Notes under the pieces: generated by a model
The model's database searches: none
Told to the model about the DNA's origin: nothing
What the model saw: the letters and a program-made list of their open reading frames with translations, nothing else
Part shown: positions 1-12,955 of the stretch, piece after piece
How positions within the stretch are numbered: the stretch's first letter is position 1
How the letters are laid out: the number at the start of each line of letters is the position of its first letter
Assembly: GCF_006345805.1 (NCBI RefSeq)
Contig: NC_042997.1
Coordinates: forward strand, 16,988,001-17,052,000
Origin: Octopus sinensis
Taxonomy: Eukaryota
Reading direction: 5' to 3'
DNA length: 64,000 nt
Translations under genes and position numbers: made by a program

Positions 1-1036
1 TTGAAAAAAGTTTGCTGAAAGTATGATTAATAGGATTATAAAACTACAAGGTAATCATGTCAGAAGCATTGATTATTAAATTTTGGTTATGAATAAATGT
101 AAATTCGATTTTTTTTTTGTATAATCCAATACAATAACTGATGATTTCAACAAATATTAAACATTTTCTTGTTTTAAATTTAAATTTTTGTTTGCCTGAG
201 TGCCATTTTTATTGGAAGCATATTCCTTTACTTCTACCTCTCATGATCATTTCCAGTTCTGCTTTTCCATTTTATCTTTTCTCCTTGCTTTTTCTGTTTC
301 CTCAACTTCAATCATTCACTAATTCTCCTTTTCCTGCTGAGTCATCCATTCTTTTTCTTCTCTCTTTTCTTCAAATTCTTTTTTTTTTTCGTCTAGGTAT
401 CTGTTCCTTCACTTTTCATCCTTTCATCTTCTAGTAACTCTGCTCTTCTTTGCTGCTCTTTTTCCCCACACTTTCTATTTATGAGACACTACCACTTCTC
501 TTCTTCCATTATTTCATTCTCTATTTCTTTTTTACTTTCCTCTCTACTTTTCTTTTCCTCTTTCTCTTCTTCCTAAATCTATTTATAAAGAACAGCAATA
601 TCCTCAATCTCATAAGGTGCTCTGGCTGGAGACCCTGTGTAGGTCATAGGCACTGCTCCTTCCTCTGATAGTCCCACCTCCACAAAATTACTCTTCAACA
701 CATAACTTCTTATGGCTCCTCCTCCACTACCACCACCACCATCGCCGCCGCCACTGCCACCACCACCACTGCTACCGCCACCACCACCACTTGTAAAATG
801 TTCTCCCTTTTATTGCAACATATAATAACAATAATTAAACCACAACAATAATAACATCTATAATGATTTCTAACATAGACACAAGACCAACAGTTTTATA
901 GGGAGTGCATATCATCAGTTCCAGTGCTTGATTGGTTCTTTTGTCTTAGCAATCCCAAAGAACTGTAAGAAATACCACAAAGCATTTTTTCCTGATACTT
1001 TAACAATTCAGCAATCTACTATCCTACAGTAAAAAT

Positions 1037-1629
1037 AATTCTTTCTACTATATATGCACAAAGCCAACAAATTTTAGGAGTAGGATTTAGTCGATCACCT
1101 AGACCCCCCCCCCCACCACCACTGTCTTCAATTGGTGCATATTTTATCAACCCAGAAAGAATGAAAGGCAAAGCTGACTTAGGTATAATTTGAACTCAGA
1201 ATATAAAAATTCAGAAGAAATTCTGTTAGGTTTTGTCTGACATACTCTTTTACTTGTTTCAGTCATTTGACTGTGGTCATGCTGGAGCACCACCTGTAGT
1301 CGAGCAAATCGACCCCAGGACTTATTCTATTAGTCTCTTTTGCCGAACTGCTAAGTTATGGGGGACGTAAACACACCAGCATCGGTTGTCAAGTGATGTT
1401 GGGAGGACAAACACAGACACACAAACATATACACACACGTATATATATATATATATGCATATATACGACAGGCATCTTTCAGTTTCCATCTACCAAATCC
1501 ACTCACAAGGCTTTGGTTGGCCCAAGGCTATAGTAGAAAACACTTGCCCAAGGTGCCATGCAGTGGGACTGAACCCGGAACCATGTGGTTGGTAAGCAAG
1601 CTTAACAATTCTGCAAGCTTGCTGCCTTA
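1037..1629 (-). mobile_element. Degenerate tRNA-derived SINE (family A, same as 30219-30445), split by a younger SINE at 1243-1602
   Basis: gaaagaatgaaaggcaaagctgacttaggtataatttgaactcagaat is the reverse complement of the family A body. The head resumes after the insert at 1603-1629 (taacaattctgcaagcttgctgcctta). Confidence 0.75.
1243..1602 (-). mobile_element. tRNA/CORE-type SINE (family B, octopus OR-like), slightly 5' truncated
   Basis: Colinear with 30710-31123: B-box-like GGTTCAGTCCC, CORE-like ggcaccttgggcaagtg, internal (TA/CA)n hinge and the gaaacaagtaaaagagta tail. Confidence 0.9.
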
Positions 1630-1659
1630 CTACTACTACTACTGCTACTACTCATAATA

Positions 1660-1980
1660 ATAATAGTAACTCTAGTAACTTGAATGTGGAGTCTAAAAAC
1701 AGAAACAATTCCTATCATAGGAGGTGCATTAGGTATGATAAAAAAATATTCAGACAAATACTTAACTAAAACACCAGGACTAACAAGTATATATAACATA
1801 CAGAAAATAGCACTACTAGGCACCACAACATCCTATGTAAAACACTTTCAGTACAGTAAAAATAAGAGCATTACAACAAACTACAGCACATACTCAAGAC
1901 ACACAGAGCTGCACTCAGTAGTGCAGTGAAAGTACATGATAAAATTTTAAAATACTGAATAATGATAATAATAATGATAA
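1660..1980 (+). mobile_element. 3' fragment of a restriction-like-endonuclease non-LTR retrotransposon (R4/Dong-like)
   Basis: Translation WSLKTETIPIIGGALGMIKKYSDKYLTKTPGLTSIYNIQKIALLGT matches the IP(I/V)xxGALG...IQKxxLLGT C-terminus of these elements. It ends in an (AAT)n-like tail. Confidence 0.7.
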
Positions 1981-2401
1981 TTCTTTCTAATTATGACACA
2001 AGGTTAGCAATTTTTGAGGTGTGAGGGAAGTTGATTAATTCACCACAGTGCTCAACTGATACTTATTTTATTGACCCTGAAAGGATGAAATGTGAAGAAC
2101 TGAAAGAACAGTATGTAAAAGAAGCAAAAAGATAAAACAAAATAAAAGGCTGCAACTTTTATGTTCGATACTGTAATGATGAAATTACACAAATGCTGAA
2201 GTAAGGTTAATGGAACCACAATATTTACACAGCTTCTTGAACTAAATAGATTGGTTTTAAAGTCAACACAAGATCTTTAATTCTCTTCCATGCCATATAT
2301 ATTTATAGGATGACCTTTCACCTACTGGCTAATTTGTACATCATCTCATCCATTCTCTCCATATGCCCATATGGTGTTGCATCATTCAGTTTATGTATGT
2401 A

Positions 2402-2443
<42 letters not shown>

Positions 2444-3539
2444 CCTGTGTGTGCATGTGTATATATGTATGTGTATATATATACACACACACATACATAC
2501 ATACATAGATGTATGTGCATATATTTATCTATCTACCTCCATCCCTCTCTTTTTATAAATATGTGTGCATGCGTGTATGTGCATTTGTCAGTATGTTGAT
2601 ATAACTCTGTATGTGTGCTACGGGTTTTGTGTACAAAATCGTTGCCCAATGCACAGCTCCTAATTACAAAAAGCTCTTATTCTGTTCTCCAAAGACTATA
2701 ATTAACACCACCACTACCACTACTTCTGCCACCGCTGCCACCACCACCGCCACCACCACCGCCACCACTACTACTACTACTGTAATAACTACATTTTTGC
2801 CTGAAAAACATTTTTACCTTACTATGGCACAGCAGGAGTTCCATGTGGTACAAGGTATCAGAAGTTATGAAAATGTTTCCCAGTTCTTCTTGGCTCTGGT
2901 ATATTTGATGGAACAGTGTTTACCAATTCCATTTTTTCTTCTGAAGGATGTACTCTTGATCTTTACTGCCTGTTACCTCTCAGCACAACTGCCTTAAAAA
3001 TGATAGCACCTAAAGGTGTCAAATTAATTAGCTAGTTATGTGTGTGTATATGCTGTTAAGGTAGTGGGAGTAGGAAGTGCGTGAGAGAAGCGAGAGGTAG
3101 GGAAAAACGTATGTTTCTCCAGAACAAAATGCGTTGTATTTGGTAATGAGATAACAGGATATGAATTTGTATTTTCTATGGAGACCTTTCTTTTTTTTAC
3201 TCCTATTGTTAATCAACCACTCCATACGCATCCATTTTTATATCATCATTATCATTCTTTCATGTCCAACTTGCAATGGGTTAGGTGGATAAACATGATT
3301 TAATGACTTGCTTCAGAGTCTACTTTAGAATGGTTTCTATGTTTAGATCCCCTTCCTAATGCTAATAATCCCTTTACAGAGTACACTGAGTAGATTTTTA
3401 TGGCACCAGCAACTAGTGAAGTCCCCTTGTAACTTAGAAGACAAAAAGTTCCTTTGAGTACAGAGGAAGGTGGCTTTATGTTTGGTGTAAAGATTAAAAT
3501 TTGAAAGAAGAAGCAGTAACAAGTTTCTTTCTGTTAAGA

Positions 3540-3571
<32 letters not shown>

Positions 3572-3643
3572 GTGCATACATATATACATACATATATATG
3601 TATGTATGTATACTTACATATGTGTGTGTGTGTCTGCAAGGGC

Positions 3644-3677
<34 letters not shown>

Positions 3678-3824
3678 GAGAAATATTCTTATAATGGTAT
3701 ATGTATAAAGAATAACAAGATTGGAGAACAATGAAGTCTGAGGTGATGAAAACAAAAGCAAATGTATAAGCTATAGGCTTTTATTGATCAAATCATCAAA
3801 GTAATAACTATATGAGGGTGTGTG

Positions 3825-3871
<47 letters not shown>

Positions 3872-6229
3872 TTTTGCTTTTTATTATATGCTTTTAAGTT
3901 ATTTCCTTTCATTCTACTACTCCACCATCATCTAAAAAGAAGCAATAATTAGGATACAAAATGGATTAACTCACGGCACTTGACTTGCTATATCCAAACA
4001 GCAAGCAAGTTATATGCAGAAATATCAGTAGTGGATAAATCAAATATTAGAACTGATACCCTAACTCAATGCCATATTATTGGAAGTGGATAACCAGATA
4101 TTAGGACGTGGAGTTTCAATTATTGGAAATTGGCACCCAACATATTGGAAATCTATTTGTACATGCTTTCGTTTTTCTCTTTTTTTTTTTACTATAATTG
4201 TTGTTGTTATAATCAAGATTGCTGTGAAGCTGAATAGAAATAAAACAAACAAAGCAAACCAAGAAAAAATAACAAAATAGTAAAAAAAAATACATAATAA
4301 ATACAAAAAATAACTACAAAAGAAGCATGGGGTAAATTGACATTGAGAGATGTCTTCCCTCAATAGGTGTAATGATATACCAATTTCTCTCTTTTCATGT
4401 GGATGTGGCCAACAGAATATGTTGTCATATATCATGTGCTTGTAATACTTGTCGGTAAATCTAGCTTTTGTTTTTTATCACCCATCGCAACACTATCAGT
4501 TTCATCACCAACATTATAATCATTATATCTGTGTCACCACTTAATACCCTTACAATTCTCATCACAGCCATTTTAATATAACACTTCCTTTCTTCTTCCT
4601 TCTCATTCTTAATATATTAGAATCATGATAAGATTATAATTACAATGCAGAAGGGAAGTAATGATTATGAGTATGCTGATGATAATGAAGATGATGAAGA
4701 TAATGCTGAGCATCACCACCATCAAGATCACCTAATTTTGTACCAGATCACAAAAATTAGTTTGTCAGGTGATGTAAAGTTTGATTATTTCAATATTAAC
4801 TTTTGGCTATAAGCAAAGTTTTTAGAGTTATATATAATTTTGTCTACTTTATTCTCTCTCTTCTGCTTCCTGACATAAACACAAAGCACAAAATATGTAT
4901 AATATATATGATTTGCTAGCAATAGTTCAAAGAGCATGCCTGAACTTTTTGTCATATTCCAAAATTCTCTGAACCTTTACAAGCCATGTTAATTACTTGG
5001 CTGAACTTTGGAAAAAGATTTATAGTATTGAAGCAACAGAATTAAAGTTGACCTTAGAGAAAGGATGTTTCTCCAAAATTACTACTGAGAAAAGAACTGC
5101 AAGTATTCACAACTCATAAATCTTGAATTCCTGACATACAAAATTAACCATTTATTTCTCACAAAGGAAATTCTTTTCAGATTCTCTGCAAGAGCTAGTA
5201 TCAGGCATTGTATTCGGGCTTACTTAATCTGTCATGTGAGAATCGAATATTTATAATAGGAAAAAATATTGATAATAATAATAATAAGAAGAAGAAAAAT
5301 TATAATTAGAATAATGAGATTGAATAGTTGATAATAAATGATGGATAGGTATGCCACCCACCAGCTATTATTGTCAATACAAATGAGCCAACATCTGGTT
5401 AAGCCAAGTTGAAAATTATATCTTTATGGGGACCATGATGATTATGATTATGATGTGTGATACTAGTCAGTCCTGATTCAGTAGACCTATGATGATGGTG
5501 AAGATGATGATGATGACAGTGGTAAACAATAAAGAATTGAATAGTTTAGGTGTATGTATAAGTACCTGTTTATATAGACAATGGTGTAAATATAAATTGT
5601 AATGGAAAGTCTTGTTTACATTATTAACAGAATACTCTAGTAGGTTAACACTCTACTTAGTTTTGGTATTGTAATCTACAAGGGGATACAGACTTGGCTG
5701 CCAATCAAAATTGCTCAAGTGCTTTCTCTAAGGACACACAATGCAGAAATATTTGCTGCCAGATATGAACCATGGGAAAAGGTATTTTGATATGTACATT
5801 ATAATATAAGGTCAAATATCATCAATGTATTCATATTTTTACGCATACACACATAACAGTACACTTTTACATTTTTGAAAACATTGATGATCACAGCCAT
5901 AGAGTAACAGAAAACTCTGTTTATAACTTATCTCTGACACCACATCAGACTAAAAAACTGAGTTCACTTAGCATGAAATGATTACCCCACATGGTGTGAA
6001 GGTGGCATAATTCCCTGCTGTAAACGGAGTCAGCGTTGCAGAAGTGACAGAGTTGTGTTAGCTTGCAATTCTGATTCCTTTTCCTCTAGTTAGAAATATT
6101 AACTGTGACACTGTGTTAGACCAACATCATAGGTGAAGGATTAGTCTGTCAGCCACTTATTATAATGGAATATCCATGTACTTCATAAATCTTATGGTTT
6201 GAAAAAGAAGATTAGTTTCAGTATCTTAC

Positions 6230-6377
6230 TGTATATGCATGAGTAAATAACAATACATAATAGCAAGACACTTCCACAAGGCATCCTCATCATACATATT
6301 CCAGTATAGATTAACATGATGATAAAATATATATAAAAACAGATCTCCTGGGGCACACTTCATTGGGAAGTAGAACT
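6230..6377 (-). other. Candidate 148-nt exon; may carry a start codon and a signal-peptide-like sequence
   Basis: Acceptor tttatctcctctctgttgtAG and donor CA|GTAAGA. ATG at 6317 gives MLIYTGICMMRMPCGSVLLLCIVIYSCIY followed by a phase-1 intron. A second frame is also open across the exon. Confidence 0.4.
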
Positions 6378-6474
6378 CTACAACAGAGAGGAGATAAACT
6401 TGTGTATTTTGGTATTTTTGATTCACAATTCATCAGTAAGTACACAAATTTATTGTGTAAAATACTTTGAGATT

Positions 6475-6507
<33 letters not shown>

Positions 6508-7662
6508 CACGTCAACGTCACCATCATTTTAATATCTGCTGTCCCTGCTAATATGGATTCGCCAGGTCATCACAGCCTGGGTCATCTGCTACTGAGAGCT
6601 ACTGCAGACATAGACTAAAGCTCTTACATATGTGTCATTTGGCTTGTTTTCTTCAGCTGCAAGAGCTAGTATTGGGCATTGTATTGTCAGTTATTTTATA
6701 GAGTGTAATGGGTGCATTTTTGTTGCACCAACACGTGAGAAGTTGAATAAGGGGAGCTCAGAAAACTTATGCATTCTCTGCTCCTTTGCCAGTCACTTTT
6801 CATTGGGTAATGGGCACATTTTCTGTCCCAGAGTGATTTTCTTGTTCACTTGGTGCTTTGAGGAAATGCAATATATAAACATAGCAAATAAAGCATCACT
6901 GTTGATACAGACAATATTTTTCAGAATGTCTGGGCTTCTTGACACGTTTTGAAATATGCATGCTGGGTGTAAACAAAGTGACACCCTTCATATGAAATGT
7001 GTAATTTGTTTGCAGTTATCTGTGAAAGCATGTTTGGGCTATTCATTGTTCAATAGACTAGGAGAATTATTAACTTGCTAGGAAACAGATGAAGGGTGGC
7101 AACAGGAAAGGCCACAGAAAATCCTGCCTGGACAAGTGTTGTAGATGATGATCGCTCTTCTCTCTCTCCATATCTATCTATCTGTCTGTCTGTCTGTCTG
7201 TCTGTTTATATATATATATGTGTGTTCATATGTGTACAAATATGTATATATTGTATGATGTGTATATGTAGATATATGTTTTTATATAGGTCTAGATGTG
7301 CCTGCCTACAAATGTGTGTGCATATATATGTATATATATATATATGCACACACACACAATATACTTGCACACATATACTTTAGGTATTACATTTCAAATG
7401 TATGGGAAAAAATTATAGTGCATTTCAGCTGAGGGAGAAAGAATGCCATAGAATACAGATGACAAAATGATTGACAGTTATCTAATAAATCAATTCAGGA
7501 ATATACCCTTATAGTTCCTTAATATAGAGACAAACCTTAAAATGATGGTTATCTTAGCATATTTTTGAAGAAAATAAAAAACAAAACTCATGCAAACTTC
7601 TTTAGCTTGGCTGGCTGGCATTCTTAACTGATAAGAAGTAACTGTGGAAACTTATGGTTAGC

Positions 7663-7699
<37 letters not shown>

Positions 7700-9910
7700 T
7701 ATATACATACACACACACACATATATATGAGTGTGTGGGTGGGTGTATGTCTGAACGTATGTATTCACATATGTATATAAACACACATTTCTCATGTGTG
7801 TATATACATACATGTACACGTGCATACTTACACTCACATATATGTACTTTTATTCACCATAATCTTCTTATTGTCAATACAGTTTCTGTATAATCTTTTG
7901 ATTGCCTCTTGCTTGGACTGTATTTCTTCTTTAGAGATCTATAGAGATCTATAGACTTTGTCATTGGTAAGACATTATGAATAGAGCTGTCAATGTTTCC
8001 AGTATTCTACAGAAGCAAAACTCTAGGGACTAGCACAAATAATAAGAAGCATAGAAGGTTGATGTTGTTAGGGTGAAGGATAAAAAATATTTCTTGTTTT
8101 GATGGAATCTTTTCCATTTATTTTTTTGTACTTTTTATATTTTATCCAAAGAATGCATTATCAATAATTTTAAACATGACGTAGCTGTTTTGAATATGTT
8201 GCCACTATTGCATTGTATGCAGCTTTGTTTTAAATATGTTCTACTTCCTGTGGTGTAATAGATGAATGGCTATTGTGTTGTTGGTGTAGCTGTTGTTCAG
8301 TTTTGGTCAGCTCTAATTAAGTGGAACATGATTGTCCTATCTGTTTTGATGTTATTGTTTTTTTAAGACAGAGTGTGCTTTGAGGGAAATTTGGTTTTCT
8401 ATTTTTAGCAGTTCTTATCAAGGCAGTTGTGTGTAATTTGAGGAAGATTTAGCTTTCTATATCTAACCGTTCTTGCAACTATGTACAGACTTACTCATTA
8501 GCTTAGAGGTAAATGGCTGAAAAGTTAGGCCTAGTAACCTGAAGGTTCATGAACTCCTTAGTAGCTAAGAATAATGTCTGAAGGTTAAAATAAATTAAAC
8601 TTTAATGAAACACTGGCGTTGCCATTCTCACATTTTGGTTAAATGATTAAGAGGTAAGTTATCTATTCAGATAAAACAAATAATTATGTTAGAGGCCAAA
8701 GTGTGCAATATAACTTAAAGTTAAGTGAAGATATGGCATACCTGGATCAACAAATCTGTTAGTAGTACCTATCAATTGGTCAACTGCCTGTATGCTGTAG
8801 GTCAGCTCAGTTAGAGTTGCCCTTCAGCTAAACAACAACATGTGGTCTAATATCACAAGATGGCATGATGAAATGGATATAAAACTCAAGAAAGGAAACA
8901 TTTTGAAAAGAAATAATTTTTTGCCAAAACTGTTGAGAAATAAACGTAGAATATCCATGTTAAAATATTTTGATAGATATTGCATAAATGATATGGATAA
9001 TAACCATAAAAATTTAAGCATTTAAAAAGTAAACCTTTTCATTTGGGTTTGATCTAAATGGGTTATAGTGAGCAGCAAGCACTAGTGAGATTAATACCAT
9101 TAATATTCATCTTGAGAGAGTGAGAGAGAGGAGAGAGAGAGAGTGAGTGAGTGAATGCAGCAGTAGTTAGTGCAGGGCCTGAGGAGCTGGACATTGAAAA
9201 TAAAAGGAGAGAAGAGTGAGTCAAGGTGTACCTTAAGTGGCATGAGAACAGCCAGCAGAAGTCATTGTAGTAAAAATAATAAAAAGCAGAGAGATGAGAC
9301 ATGTCTGTGAGCCAGTGGTGGAGAATATTAGTGAGCAACTTGATGCCAGTTTGTCAAGTGGCTCTCTTTTGGGATGTCTTCTAGGATATCTAAATGTGAA
9401 GCAGCAGTACATTCTTGGATTGCTTCAAGAGTTACATTACAAGAAACAGTTATCTAAGTACTTTTATTTACTTATTTTTTATAATGTTTTGCCTGAGAAA
9501 TTGCTTTGTTGGTTTCAACTCTCTCCCACCAATGTTAACTTTGCTGCTTCTGAACCCTCTTAGCCTTGATCATTTTCAAAAGTAGATAAACAATCTTTGT
9601 AGAGGGATCAAGGTCGTTCACTTTCTGGGATAATTTTCACTGGCTGATGCACTCATGATTTAGATTTCAATTCAGGAAGGTTGTTTTCTCTAGAGAGTTA
9701 ATAAGATCTTTACCATGGCAATTAGTTTGATATCTGATTTCAGGTAGTAGTAAAATTGTAGAGCATCAGACACATGATATATTTTCTTGTCAGGATAAAT
9801 AGTGTCGCTTGTCTTTTGCTAAATCAAAATCCTTATAGAGATGCTTAATGAATATAAATCAGTTACTTTCTAGATTAGAACTAAACAAGCAAAGCATTTA
9901 ATTTTCACAA

Positions 9911-10093
9911 ATGTAAAAAACACCCACTACACTCGCGGAGTGGTTGGCGTTAGGAAGGGCATCCAGCTGTAGAAACACTGCCAGACTAGACTGGAGCCTG
10001 GGGCAGTCCCGAGCTCCCCAGACCCCGGTCGAAACCGTCCAACCCGTGCTAGCGCGGAAAACGGACGTTAAACGATGATGATGATGATGATGA
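9911..10093 (+). mobile_element. Young 5'-truncated 3' end of an RTE LINE or RTE-tailed SINE
   Basis: gtggttggcgttaggaagggcatccagctgtagaaac...aaaacggacgttaaac(GAT)n. It is CpG-rich and homologous to 41340-41510 and 43532-43710. Confidence 0.85.
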
Positions 10094-10863
10094 AATGAAA
10101 TAAAAATGCTTCACAAACATTATTTTAACCTCTATATGTTGGTTAATAATCTAAGTCTTCATTGGATACATTACTAAACTTGTAGAATTTCCCCTTGCAA
10201 ACAACAATTCATTGCTCTACTCATTGGAAGTATCAAAAATAATTTTCAACAGGAAAATCAGACGACATTGAAGAAATTTCACGTAGGAATTTTCTTCCTA
10301 AATATAAATAGAAATGCAATAAATATGTCCTCTGAATGTCTGTGCTTCTTACAGATGTCAAATAGAGAAGAAGTGAGAATACAAATTGTATAATCATGTT
10401 GAGTTCAAAGTAACTAGAAGATCAAACTATCATCAAATCGTGGAACATTCAATAAATAACTAAAATACAATATCATTAAAAGAAAATGACTAAAATAATT
10501 TGGTAAAGGAAGAAAATTCATGAAAGAAGAATAGCAATTCTTAATGTAAAAGGACACAGTCAGTTTTATTTATGATCAAGCAATGGAAATCTGAAAATAA
10601 AAACAATGTAAAATGCAATAGATTTCCACTCAATATCAAATGTGTATGAAGCAAACACCATTATTTATTCTCTAGCTCAAAATCTATACTCCTCTTTTAT
10701 TTCTTTCTGGCCATCTTTCCAGCTGTAATTCTGATGTTCACTCTCCTGCTTCAATGGGTTTTTACTGCCTAAGATAATGGTTGAACAGAAAATCCTTCAA
10801 CTCAAACCTTGATTGATGAATTTCTACTAACTTTGTCCATTGAGGAAGAAAACGAGAACTCAC

Positions 10864-10890
10864 CTTGTCTAACTATTCCTTTTGTTTCTC
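10864..10890 (-). other. Candidate 27-nt frame-preserving microexon
   Basis: Long polypyrimidine tract ttttctttcttttttttttactttttattttggctcttagttttAG, exon gagaaacaaaaggaatagttagacaag, consensus donor AAG|GTGAGT. Open in phase 1 (x-ETKGIVRQ-x). Confidence 0.45.
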
Positions 10891-11364
10891 CTAAAACTAA
10901 GAGCCAAAATAAAAAGTAAAAAAAAAGAAAGAAAATCAATGAAAGCAACTAGATGACTTTGTCTATTTCCAGCCAGTAGAAACAAAAGACTAGAGAAAAT
11001 CTACCACCTTCTACTCTTGTGTATAACTGTTTCTAAATCCTTTTTACTCTCTTCAGTGTACAAAACTTATAATCGTAGATCTAACATAAGATATTATTTA
11101 GAAGTTGTTAATATAAGGTGCAGGCATAACAGTAGGTTGAGAGGTCCACTTTACAGCTACATGTTTCTAGGTCAGATCCATGGATCCTGTAGTCTTGGAT
11201 TTATCAATGCCTAGTGACTTCTTTTGTCATTGTTTAATGTCAGTTTTTTTTCTGCTGGTGTGGGTTGGATGATACTTTTTGAGGCAGTGATTTATGAGCA
11301 GATGTCTTTCCTGACACCAGTCATTTTAGTCAACTCAAGGTATCCAATAATAACTATGATGATG

Positions 11365-11561
11365 GTTTTAAGTTTTGGTACAAGGCCAGCAATTTTTTAG
11401 ATGAGTGGCTAGTATTTGACTGGTACCCTTATTTTAGTGACCCTGAAAGGATAAAAGGCAAAGTCGACCTTGGCTGGATTTGAACTCAGAAAGTAAAGAG
11501 CTGGAAATAATGCCACTAACCATTTTGTCTGACTCTAACAATGCTGCCAGCATTCTGCCTA
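11365..11561 (-). mobile_element. tRNA-derived SINE family A, degenerate
   Basis: gaccctgaaaggataaaaggcaaagtcgaccttggctggatttgaactcagaa matches the reverse complement of 30285-30340. Confidence 0.8.
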
Positions 11562-11754
11562 AAAATAAAGCCCTTAATGTGTACAAAACTCAGATGCACT
11601 CACTGGAAAAGGGTAAAAGATGGGACAGAAAGCAGTAATAAGTTGAGCAAAGGAAGACAGCAATGATAGCAAGAAATACATGTACAGTACAAAGAATAAA
11701 ACACAAGAAGACAGAGAACTGAACAGTAAAAAGAACTATAAAAGGAAAGGGTGC

Positions 11755-11910
11755 AGGAGTAGTGTTGGTGAATTTCAGGAAGCATGGAATTTTTGAAGGA
11801 TGCAGTGTTGTCCTAAGTTAGCAACCCCTGTGGGTAGTTTATACTATATTTTGACAACTCTAAGCATTACAAAATATGTTTCTGAATGTCCTGGGTGGTG
11901 TGTGTTTGCA
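11755..11910 (-). mobile_element. Degenerate CR1-like LINE 3' end
   Basis: The minus strand gives LRVVKI*YKLP...ASFKNSMLPEIHQHY across a frameshift, resembling the CR1 RVVxxWNxLP...SFK C-terminus. Confidence 0.5.
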
Positions 11911-12700
11911 TATACAAGTGTTATCTGGTGCAGCAAATTGCATTCCTTTATGGGAAAAAATTTAACTTAGCCATGCAATATATTTATAGACAGCAGATTG
12001 AAATATTTCACAGGAAGATATGATCAACTAAAACAAATTAAATGTGGTACTCCAGTATGGTCTCTGTCTAATGAATGAAACCAATTAAAGAATAAAAAGT
12101 TAATGTATTTCTTTTGACAAATTCCTGCTTTACTTTCAATGTATGTGTGTGCATGCAATTCGTGAAAATATATTTCTTCTATTATTATTTCCTAGCCTAT
12201 ACACATATATTTCTCAAAACATCAATGTGATTCCCAGAATGAAACCATTTTCAAAACAAAGTTATAGTATTGAGAGAATTGGTTACAAAATAGTTTTGTT
12301 TTCAACTTTAAGATATAACATAGATAATGTTACATTTAAGATAGTATAATCAAACGAAAATCTATTCCTACATAGAATATGTCTTTAGTTTCTTTTTATT
12401 TATCTGGAGTGATCACTTTAAAATCAATAACATTTGTTATCACCCTGTGTGCTAAAGCTCAGATTCTCCTTTCCTTTACTGTATTATTTATTTTCTATAT
12501 TAATTAACTGGAATTCTAGTGCATCAACTCAGTTCAAACAAATATAATTTTCTTTATTTGGATTTTGTATCAAGTTGTCTCCCTTGCCTTTATTTGGTTT
12601 CGTTAAACATTGTTGAACATTGTTTACCTCATTTTAATCCGGGTATAAACTTGATTAATTAAAATGAGTATGCTTGCTGCATTAAGTTAGCATATAATAT

Positions 12701-12744
<44 letters not shown>

Positions 12745-12894
12745 GATTGATGATGATGATGGTGATGAAATATATGTATGTATATAAGCACATATATGTA
12801 TATATTTGTACATATGTATATATCTGTGTGTGTGTGCGTGCACATAAACATATATGTATATGTGTGTATATGTATATGTATATAGTTGTATGTG

Positions 12895-12955
<61 letters not shown>

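Noticed and set aside
2611-2997. 128-aa ORF with poly-Thr
   Set aside because: It is driven by an (ACC/ACT)n repeat and the remainder has no recognisable motif.
3975-4045. Minus-strand hydrophobic peptide LIYPLLIFLHITCLLFGYSKSSA before a GTGAGT donor
   Set aside because: An in-frame stop lies immediately upstream, with no ATG or convincing acceptor.
4558-4585. miR-2/miR-13-like seed atcacagccatttt
   Set aside because: The 3' half does not match and I find no complementary arm.
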